From Cyanobacteriota bacterium (GTDB taxonomy: Bacteria; Cyanobacteriota; Cyanobacteriia; Thermostichales; Thermostichaceae): a stretch of 64,000 nucleotides of DNA. The notes beneath the pieces were generated by a model, which made no database searches, was not told where the DNA came from, and saw only the letters and a program-made list of their open reading frames with translations. This document shows, one piece after another, positions 22,367-29,959 of this stretch (positions are counted from its first letter, which is position 1; each line of letters begins with the position of its first letter). Both the position numbers and the translations under genes were made by a program. The stretch spans positions 74,524 through 138,523 of the forward strand of contig JANRIL010000040.1 in assembly GCA_033764955.1 (NCBI GenBank). The letters are read 5' to 3'.

Positions 22367-23127
22367 TGGAGATTTTTATTGATAAATATCCATCACTAAT
22401 TGAGATTGAGCAAGCTTTAGCTGAGCTACTTAAAGTTGATATCTCTCAGGTTGCAGCTACTTTGAGCTTCTCGGAATATTTAAAAACGAATAAGATTATT
22501 CCTCCTGTTGTTTGTGAAATAAAAATGGTTTCTGGGAATTTTTCTTGTTGTGTTTACCTACATCTACCTATTGAAAAAAATAAGGAGAAAGTCCTTGAGG
22601 TTATAGGTGGACTGTGTGAAATTCTAAATTGCAGGGCAATGATTTCTTATCGCGTTGGAAATTCTGGAGTTAAGATGTATTTATTTCTATCAAGGAGGGA
22701 ATACTATAGAATTGCAATTATGGATGATGAAGAGTATTCAATTTGGCAACAAGTTTTAGAAATCTTAATTGAAACCCCTCCGATAGCACTAGATTTAAAG
22801 AATATTTTATCTGAATCTATGTGCTTGCCAAAAGATAATTTTTTTCATGAAGATGATTGGCATAAAACTCTTTTGTCAAGAAAAGTTATTTACTCATATT
22901 ATAATTCTCATCAAAAATCTTCTGGCAATCTTTGTCTTTATATTCCTACAAATCATAGGTTTCTGAATCCATATAATGAGATGGAAGTTGCAAAGAATAT
23001 ATCGAGAAAAATACAATGCAGAATTGCTATTCAGGATCTTTCAATAAATGAGAATGAAAGATTATGCTTTGATCCGTTAGTTAATAGTATAACTGTTATT
23101 CCTTTGTCTGAAATCACTGGTCAATGA
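22366..23127 (+). CDS. Putative immunity protein for tip 1, two internally repeated domains
   Basis: GTG start overlaps the carrier TAG; AT-rich; the halves resemble each other (MEIFIDKYP..IEQALAE..LCEILNCRAMI / LEILIETPP..LKNILSE..ISRKIQCRIAI). Confidence 0.65.
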   Translation: MEIFIDKYPSLIEIEQALAELLKVDISQVAATLSFSEYLKTNKIIPPVVCEIKMVSGNFSCCVYLHLPIEKNKEKVLEVIGGLCEILNCRAMISYRVGNSGVKMYLFLSRREYYRIAIMDDEEYSIWQQVLEILIETPPIALDLKNILSESMCLPKDNFFHEDDWHKTLLSRKVIYSYYNSHQKSSGNLCLYIPTNHRFLNPYNEMEVAKNISRKIQCRIAIQDLSINENERLCFDPLVNSITVIPLSEITGQ

Positions 23128-23199
23128 GATTTTTATATTGACAAATGAGAGGGTATTTTATTGTTTCTCGTGTGAGCAAAATGACTGATGAACTAGCCT

Positions 23200-23523
23200 C
23201 ATTTTGGAAGGAGATATTGACTTAGATGGCTATATACAAGTGGGATTTAACCCAGAGATTGAGACCAGTTTATGGGGATCCCCGCCTGGGTTATCGACAG
23301 CGAGATTAAAGCTCTTTGTTTTGCCGAAGATAGGGCTGAACTTTTATGTGAGGGGGGAGGTTGAGCTGCTGCCGGATGAGATTGGGGTGGAGATAGAGCA
23401 GCCTCAATCGGGCAGCACATTGGCAGGGAATGAAAGTATTGTTCTCAGAGCAAGAGCGAGTGGAGATCCAAAGCTGGCTCTATTGGCGGGAGTAGATCTA
23501 ACCCTCCGCGATGGTTCTGTAGA
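23200..23523 (+). repeat. Direct repeat copy 2 heading the orphan cassette
   Basis: Near-identical to 21559-21882. Confidence 0.97.
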
Positions 23524-24088
23524 GGAATGTTCAGATTCTCAGCCTAGTTCCACATCTGCTTTGACAACTAAAAGAACATTACTTAATACAGCTACAGGAG
23601 GAGTTAGCTATAAGGGAATATGTGAATGTAAGCAGGTTTATGTTAGAGATGGAGTTGATTTAGCTACAGTTCCAGAACCTCCTAGTCTTCCACCGTTACC
23701 AAGACATACAACATGTAATACTCATGGACAAAATACTAGAGATACAGGAGGAGTCAACTCTCGAAAAAAATGCTACGCAGGTAGCCCATTTGAGTCACAT
23801 CATATTATTCAAGAAGCTGCGGTTAAAGGTATTAATGGCTACCCTACAAGTAAATCGACCAAAGCCTATACAGTTCTGTTATCTCCATCAGATCATCAAA
23901 AAGCAAATGCAGCTCAACCTCGCCCGCGACCAGCGGGAACCTATAGTAGTGAAAGAGACATTGCAATAAATGCATTGACAGCAGCAAACCTTCAGGGTGA
24001 TGAGGTTACAAAACAAATTGAGTGTGCTGACACTTTCTTTTATAGTCTTGGATTTCAGGATGATACAATTACCAATGCCGTAAATTAA
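23204..24088 (+). CDS. Orphan toxin cassette: carrier repeat plus Tox-SHH-like HNH/EndoVII nuclease tip
   Basis: No in-frame ATG or signal peptide and an in-frame TGA at 23189; tip has FESHHIIQEAAV..GY..A.TVLL..H..AN..Q..GTY..ER.IA. Confidence 0.72.
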   Translation: MEGDIDLDGYIQVGFNPEIETSLWGSPPGLSTARLKLFVLPKIGLNFYVRGEVELLPDEIGVEIEQPQSGSTLAGNESIVLRARASGDPKLALLAGVDLTLRDGSVEECSDSQPSSTSALTTKRTLLNTATGGVSYKGICECKQVYVRDGVDLATVPEPPSLPPLPRHTTCNTHGQNTRDTGGVNSRKKCYAGSPFESHHIIQEAAVKGINGYPTSKSTKAYTVLLSPSDHQKANAAQPRPRPAGTYSSERDIAINALTAANLQGDEVTKQIECADTFFYSLGFQDDTITNAVN

Positions 24089-24107
24089 CTTGTGGAGAAC
24101 TCTTAAA

Positions 24108-24602
24108 ATGACACAGGATCAAGATCAAAGCTGCAAAACGATAGAACTGTCTAGCCTCGTTCCCATACTCAAAGAATTAGCTCATGATATCGTCAATAGA
24201 AACTTCGAGAAACTGCTTTCAAAGAATCAAATAGAACCAGAAAACTTAGACTATATGACTCAAGCTCTAGATAATTATGCTGGGACTGCTGTAGAACCTC
24301 CTGACACAGAAATATATCGAGCAATTGGACAGATGGCTCAATACACACTAAGTAGTTTCATGGCAAATGAGATACCTAACTATGAGGAAGACTATGAGTC
24401 TTACACTAAGCAAGATATTGATAAGATGGTTGTTACTATAGATTTACCCAGTTTACCCAGTCTTTATATTGAATTATTGCTTGAGCCTAGCCCAACAGAA
24501 AAAAAAGAAAAGCATATTACGACTGCTATATGTGTTTGCATAGATGTTTTCCTATCAAATGATAGATTCTCAGTAAAAGCTAACTACATGTATATTTCTT
24601 GA
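24108..24602 (+). CDS. Putative immunity protein for the SHH tip (paralog A)
   Basis: Acidic, AT-rich gene right after the toxin tip; ATG 24108 aligns with the start of paralog B. Confidence 0.7.
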   Translation: MTQDQDQSCKTIELSSLVPILKELAHDIVNRNFEKLLSKNQIEPENLDYMTQALDNYAGTAVEPPDTEIYRAIGQMAQYTLSSFMANEIPNYEEDYESYTKQDIDKMVVTIDLPSLPSLYIELLLEPSPTEKKEKHITTAICVCIDVFLSNDRFSVKANYMYIS

Positions 24603-24673
24603 TGGAATGCATTGACACTTTCTTTTATAGTCTTGGATTTCAGGATGATACAATCACCAATGCCATAAAATAA
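24602..24673 (+). pseudogene. 23-codon remnant of a variant SHH-toxin C-terminus
   Basis: MECIDTFFYSLGFQDDTITNAIK* versus the cassette tail IECADTFFYSLGFQDDTITNAVN*. Confidence 0.85.
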
Positions 24674-24692
24674 CTTCTGGGGGACTCTTAAA

Positions 24693-25190
24693 ATGACACA
24701 GGATGAACATCAAAACCGCAAAATGATAGAATTGTCTAGCCTCGTTCCCATACTCAAAGAATTAGCTCATGATATCATCAATAGAAATTTTGAAAAACTA
24801 ATTTCGCAAGATCAAATAAGACAAGAGAGAGTAGACTATATGATTCAATCTCTAGATGATTATGCTGGAACTGCTGTAGATCCTCCTGACACAGAAATAT
24901 ATCGAGCAATTGGACAGATGGCTCAAGGCACACTAGATAATTTCATGGTAAACGAGATACCTAAATATGAGGAAGACTATGAGGCTTATACCAAGCAAAA
25001 TGTTGACAATATGGTTGTTACTACAGATTTACCCAGCCTTTATAGAGAACTATATATCGAATTATTTCTTGAGCCTAACCTAACAGAGAAAAAAGAAAAG
25101 CATATTACGACCTCTTTACGTGTTTGCATAGATGTTTTCCTGTCAAATGATGGATTCTCAGTAAAAGCTACCAACATGTATATTTCTTGA
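24693..25190 (+). CDS. Putative immunity protein (paralog B)
   Basis: About 75% aa identical to 24108-24602 by manual count. Confidence 0.7.
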   Translation: MTQDEHQNRKMIELSSLVPILKELAHDIINRNFEKLISQDQIRQERVDYMIQSLDDYAGTAVDPPDTEIYRAIGQMAQGTLDNFMVNEIPKYEEDYEAYTKQNVDNMVVTTDLPSLYRELYIELFLEPNLTEKKEKHITTSLRVCIDVFLSNDGFSVKATNMYIS

Positions 25191-25290
25191 TGGCATTATG
25201 AGTCTAATACTCTTGTCTGCTGGGTAAAGAGCTTTGCTTAATAAGCTTCTGATTCGTAATTATCATTTACTATAATCTTCCGAAAATAAC

Positions 25291-27966
25291 ATGAAAAAGA
25301 CTTTTCTTTTCTTTGATGAATCTCTAATAACTACCTTTTCCCCTTTTCAAAGACTTATGCAAAATCTAGGACTCCTCTGTGGAATTTTGCTGCTATTTTT
25401 GATCACCAGTTGTGGCTCTAGCACCTCCTCTACGATTGCTCCTGCTGCTGCCTCCGATTCTTCCCCTCTCCAACTGTCCCTAGAAGTTCCTCTCCCTGGT
25501 TTTGCTTCCCTAGAGGTTCCCCTTATCCAAGCAAGTGAGATCTTGTCTGTGGATATCCCCATCTATAGCGCCCACTACCCCATCATCTGGAGCAGTAGTG
25601 CTAATCCAGACCAAGTGATCGCCCAATCTCGCTCTCAACTAACCGTCTCTCCGGATCCCTGTGTCATCCCCAGCGCAGGCAACCACACCCTGACGGCGAC
25701 TGTCTTCAATCCCCTCGACTTTGGCCTCTATTTCCCCCTTGCCACTACGGCTATTCCCATTACCCTTGACCCTGGTTGTATCAGCCTCTCCATTGAGTCG
25801 GTTGCTCTGCCCGCTACGACTAACGATGGCACTCCCGAATCTCTCAAAGTTTGTGTGGCGCTAGAAGATGCTGATGGCTCCCTCCTCCTCGATGAAACCG
25901 GCAATCGTCCGGCAGTCTCACTCTTGTTTGAGCCACAATCAGGTACGGTTGACCCCGCAACAGGCAGCACAGATAACCAAGGATGCTTCCGTACCACTGC
26001 CACCCTCACTCAAAACCTGGGGACGTTCCAAGTCAAGATCACGGCTGAATACCAACCAGAGCCAAATAATTCCTATACGCTGACCGCCAGCGATAGTGCC
26101 CAGATGAGGGATCCCTGTGATGTCAGTGACCCCGCCGAGAAACCCTTTTGCACTTGTGAAGCAGGTTCCTGTCCTTCTCCCTCTCCGGATCCCTCTCCGG
26201 ATCCATCACCTAATCCCTCTCCTAATCCATCCCCATCGCCACCGCCTCCATCCCCACGACCTAGTCCACCTCCTTGTTCTAACTGCACTCCAGGCGGTAG
26301 TTGGGGTGAGCCTCATGTCTATACCTTTGACCGCCTTGCCTACGATTTCCAATCGATTGGGGAGTTTGTGCTGGCTGCTTCCCTCTACTCCGATTGGCAA
26401 ATCCAAGGGCGTCAAACCTATTGGCTTCCCAAAACCCGTCAAGTGGCTATCAACCAAGCCATGGCCACTCGTCTCGGCTCCACTCGCCTGATGATTGATG
26501 CTTTTGCGGACATCCCCCTCTGGCTAGACGGTCAACCCTCTCCCCTCCAGGATGGACAACTGCTCACCTGGGAAGATGGTTCTGCTCTCTACTATGACCT
26601 TGATGAGCGAAAGGGCAGTGGCTGGCACACCTACCGACTGATTTGGCCGGATGGATCCCAACTGCAAGCTCAAGTGCGGGGGATCAATGGCATTGATCAA
26701 GGTGAAGCCCGTTTCTTAGATCTGACATTACACTTACCTGCTCAGTTAGCAGGCTCAGTACGAGGATTATTGGGCAATTTCAATGGGGATCCCCAGGATG
26801 ATGTGCAAACTCGTCAGGGAGAAGTGTTGAGTGGGGTGCTCTCCTTTGAGCAGATCTATCAAAGTTATGCCAACTCTTGGCGGATTTCCCAGGCGGAATC
26901 CTTGTTTGACTATTCACCTGGGGAAAGCACAGCCACCTTGACTGACCTCAATTTCCCCCAGCAATATGTCAGTGCCAGTACCCTGCCAGAGGAGGACTAT
27001 CAGGTGGCTCAAACCGCTTGTCAAAGCGCTGGAGTGCCAGAACTATTGCTGTCAGATTGCATTCTGGATGTAGCACTGACTGGGGATCCCAAACTGGCTA
27101 CGGTGGCAGCAGAAACGGCAGCAAGCCTTGGCGCAGAAAATTTACCCACGGCTAGCTTGGGGGTGATCACTCCCACCACACCAACTCCTGGCTACCTGTT
27201 GTGGGGCATGACTGCTGCTGGAGCCGATATCATCGCCATCACCGACACCGCAGAATTAGTGCGGATTAACCCCCAAGGAGAGATTGGGTCGATAGCGTCT
27301 GGGCTGGTCAATAATTTCACCTTTGTGGCTGGGCTAGAGGAAGATTTCATTGTGGCCTCGCCCAGTGGTTATCCGCCGCTGCGGGTGACGCCCACGGGTG
27401 AGGTGACTCCCTTCATTAGCTTTGCCGTGAGCGAGTCAGGGCCTTGGATTGAATTGGTGCGGGGATTAGCTTCCCAAGGGTCATCGGTGTGGATGACGCT
27501 CAACTCTCAATATGTGGGGGGATCCCTCCAGAGCCGCCAGAGTCCTTATGTTTTACCTGTGGGATCCCATCTGGTGAGGGTGAATGAGCAGGCAGAGGCA
27601 ACGACACTATGGTCTGACTTGGAGGATCCCTATGCTTTGGGGGCGGTGACGGTGATGGGAGAGGAGGTGGTTGTGGTGAAGGGCAATCAGCTCCTCAAAA
27701 TCTCTCCGACAGGACAGGCAAGAGAATGGGTCAGTTTGGATTTTGTGGCGGCGGTGCAGGGGTTGGTGGCTGGGTCGGATAGGCTGTGGTTACTTGGTCA
27801 GCCCAGCTATGGATCCCCTCCTTCCCTCTGGCGGATTAGCCCTGATGGGGAGGTGAGTCTTTTGCTGGAAGGGTTACCTCAGATCGGTGGCATGACCCTC
27901 CTCAAGACTGACTTGATGTTGGCAGACCTCACCCACCGCCAACTGCTGCGGATCTTTCAACCCTAA
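25291..27966 (+). CDS. Lipoprotein with Ig-like, Pro/Ser linker, von Willebrand type D and C-terminal beta-propeller-like domains
   Basis: ITSC lipobox (start possibly 25357); GSWGEPHVYTFD..YDFQSIGEFVL and GLLGNFNGDPQDD VWD motifs; PSP repeats; TATAAT at 25271. Confidence 0.8.
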   Translation: MKKTFLFFDESLITTFSPFQRLMQNLGLLCGILLLFLITSCGSSTSSTIAPAAASDSSPLQLSLEVPLPGFASLEVPLIQASEILSVDIPIYSAHYPIIWSSSANPDQVIAQSRSQLTVSPDPCVIPSAGNHTLTATVFNPLDFGLYFPLATTAIPITLDPGCISLSIESVALPATTNDGTPESLKVCVALEDADGSLLLDETGNRPAVSLLFEPQSGTVDPATGSTDNQGCFRTTATLTQNLGTFQVKITAEYQPEPNNSYTLTASDSAQMRDPCDVSDPAEKPFCTCEAGSCPSPSPDPSPDPSPNPSPNPSPSPPPPSPRPSPPPCSNCTPGGSWGEPHVYTFDRLAYDFQSIGEFVLAASLYSDWQIQGRQTYWLPKTRQVAINQAMATRLGSTRLMIDAFADIPLWLDGQPSPLQDGQLLTWEDGSALYYDLDERKGSGWHTYRLIWPDGSQLQAQVRGINGIDQGEARFLDLTLHLPAQLAGSVRGLLGNFNGDPQDDVQTRQGEVLSGVLSFEQIYQSYANSWRISQAESLFDYSPGESTATLTDLNFPQQYVSASTLPEEDYQVAQTACQSAGVPELLLSDCILDVALTGDPKLATVAAETAASLGAENLPTASLGVITPTTPTPGYLLWGMTAAGADIIAITDTAELVRINPQGEIGSIASGLVNNFTFVAGLEEDFIVASPSGYPPLRVTPTGEVTPFISFAVSESGPWIELVRGLASQGSSVWMTLNSQYVGGSLQSRQSPYVLPVGSHLVRVNEQAEATTLWSDLEDPYALGAVTVMGEEVVVVKGNQLLKISPTGQAREWVSLDFVAAVQGLVAGSDRLWLLGQPSYGSPPSLWRISPDGEVSLLLEGLPQIGGMTLLKTDLMLADLTHRQLLRIFQP

Positions 27967-28185
27967 AGATGAGCACTGCGGCTAGCCCCTTGCCTATGGA
28001 GCGGGATCCCACACCCACTCTTGAAAAACTGGTATCTCATCATCCCAGGGATCCCTTGCCTCAACATCTGCTCTCTCAGGCTCTCTGCTTGCTGGGCGCT
28101 CACTTCTGGCTCAAATATTAAACATCAACAGAACCTAGAACCCGACGAGGCATAATAATGAGGCTCCCCTCTGCTCGGATGGAAT

Positions 28186-28512
28186 TTGATGGAGTCTTCT
28201 TCTTCCCCCGCCCCCAAGCCGGAACTAGGATTTTGGAATAGCCTGCTGGGCACTCTCCTGGCGGGATCCCTTGGCTACGGATTTTATCTGTTGCTGAATG
28301 GCATCGCTGCTAAATTGCCGGCAATCTCTGATAACGCTGCCCCCCTGGCTCGCAGCCTCAGCATTTTGATTCGCTATTTCTTGGTGGGATCCGTTGCCCT
28401 AATGACCTTTATGTTTGGGGTGGTGACTCTGGGTTTATTGGGCTTGACCCTACAACTGTTGGGGCAGCAAATTCGTGGCTGGTTGACAAAGCCGGATCCC
28501 TCCCAACTTTAG
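28186..28512 (+). CDS. Small membrane protein (DUF3082-like)
   Basis: Two hydrophobic helices in a pattern resembling cyanobacterial DUF3082. Confidence 0.6.
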   Translation: MMESSSSPAPKPELGFWNSLLGTLLAGSLGYGFYLLLNGIAAKLPAISDNAAPLARSLSILIRYFLVGSVALMTFMFGVVTLGLLGLTLQLLGQQIRGWLTKPDPSQL

Positions 28513-28669
28513 TTAGAAAATTGAGATCATAAGTCAACACAAAAACTCCTCACCATAAAGATAGTCAGGAGAGATAGTCAGGGAGTTCTTAGCGAGCTTG
28601 AGTAAAAAACTTGGAAAGCTAGCTACTGCCTTTCCCTTAATTATCAAGCACAGATCATGCACAGACCAA

Positions 28670-28710
28670 CTCCCCTCTCCTGTCTGGGGAGAGGGGTTGG
28701 GGGTGAGGGC
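28670..28710. repeat. Cyanobacterial palindromic intergenic repeat
   Basis: CCCCTCTCC-tgtctgg-GGAGAGGGG followed by TTGGGGGTGAGGG, between convergent genes. Confidence 0.6.
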
Positions 28711-28752
28711 TGTATTTAACTATCTAGGGACAATCTGTAAGTCCTTTTCAGG

Positions 28753-29712
28753 TTAACGAGCTAAGTTAAGCAACTCTTTGGGAGAAGCCAGCAAATCAAT
28801 CGCTACAAAGAAGATTTTCCCTTCGGGATTGAGCAAAAATCTCCAGGCAATATTCATCCCTACATTGGCTCCAAACCAGGGGGTTTGCACCTTGCCCGTG
28901 ACTTTAACTTGCGTAAATCCATCCTCAATCAGTTCCGAAACACCCCGCTCAGGCAGTAATTTTAGATTTTGGCATTCTTCTAGCAAATAACGGAAGATCT
29001 CCTCCCGTCCCACAATCGGCTTTTGAAAAGGAGGCTGCAATGCCCCATCCGCTGCAAAAAGCTCCAGAACCGCACTAAAATCGTTGGCATTCATGTTGTC
29101 TATATAATTGAGGACGGTCTGGTTAAAGAGTCCTTCAATCGTGGCTTTTGTGCGTTGGGAAAGTTCTTTGGGAGGAGAGAGGGGTTCGGCAATACGGGTG
29201 TAGTTGCCAAAGGCGGAAGAGTCGTATCCCATATCCACCACAGCGCTACGCAAAATCGTGATCTGTTGCCCTTTATCTGCTTCTTGAATGGTTTTCAGAA
29301 CAGCCGCTGCATTAGCCGACAGTTGATAATCACTGGGAATCGGCGCGACTAACCCCTTTTCCATCCATTGCCCTAACTGATACCAAAAGCCCAACTTGAC
29401 ATTAGGAGTAAAAATCCCGTAGGTGCGCCCAATCGGAGTATCAATCCGTTTGACCAAATCAAACATCACCTTGGTTTGTTCGGAGAAAGGCATCTGCTTA
29501 ATTTGGTTGAGGATCCCTTCCGCCAAGACCATGCTGGCAGCTCCGGGGGCAGCAATGGTGATGGTTTTCCCCATTTCTACATAAGCAAACCAGATCAAAG
29601 CCAGTTGATCTTCGACACTAAGCTGGGCAAATCGAGCAATCGTAGCTGGAACCACATCTGCCGTCAACGTGCTAGGGAAAATTCCTCGTGCAGAATCAAC
29701 AGTAAAGCGCAT
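28753..29712 (-). CDS. ocp: Orange carotenoid protein, full length (NTD plus NTF2-like CTD)
   Basis: MRFTVDSARGIFP..EDQLALIWFAY..KLGFWYQL..VQTPWFG..DLLASPKELLNL; 319 aa from ATG 29712. Confidence 0.95.
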   Translation of the reverse strand: MRFTVDSARGIFPSTLTADVVPATIARFAQLSVEDQLALIWFAYVEMGKTITIAAPGAASMVLAEGILNQIKQMPFSEQTKVMFDLVKRIDTPIGRTYGIFTPNVKLGFWYQLGQWMEKGLVAPIPSDYQLSANAAAVLKTIQEADKGQQITILRSAVVDMGYDSSAFGNYTRIAEPLSPPKELSQRTKATIEGLFNQTVLNYIDNMNANDFSAVLELFAADGALQPPFQKPIVGREEIFRYLLEECQNLKLLPERGVSELIEDGFTQVKVTGKVQTPWFGANVGMNIAWRFLLNPEGKIFFVAIDLLASPKELLNLAR

Positions 29713-29959
29713 AGGGTGTCCTACTTTGAAATGATTTTTGGCATCCGTCAAGGTCAAGAAACCCTGGGAATGTTGGGGACGCTGACCCAGCAATTTTTAG
29801 CCTTGACTTTACTTAGCTTATCATAATGCAACATTTCTTTACAAATTTTTCAGGATGGGCACGCCCAAACGGCTCCTCTCCCTCTCTAAACAGGCATGAA
29901 AGAGGAACCATGGGATCCCCTTTAGGGTTGGATCCCCCTAGCTCAAACCAGAAAAGTGT

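Noticed and set aside
21559..23523. Repeat pair as a diversity-generating retroelement TR/VR
   Set aside because: Mismatches are not adenine-specific, many are synonymous, and no reverse transcriptase is in the window.
24606..24617. Microhomology deletion joining 23969-23980 to 24028
   Set aside because: The sequence is more simply explained as the colinear variant toxin tail (MECID versus IECAD).
26170..26275. Short tandem repeats as a CRISPR or regulatory array
   Set aside because: They encode the (PSP)n linker of the VWD protein and have no spacers. The same applies to the Pro/Thr repeats at ~46760-47390 and the GGM tail of GroEL.
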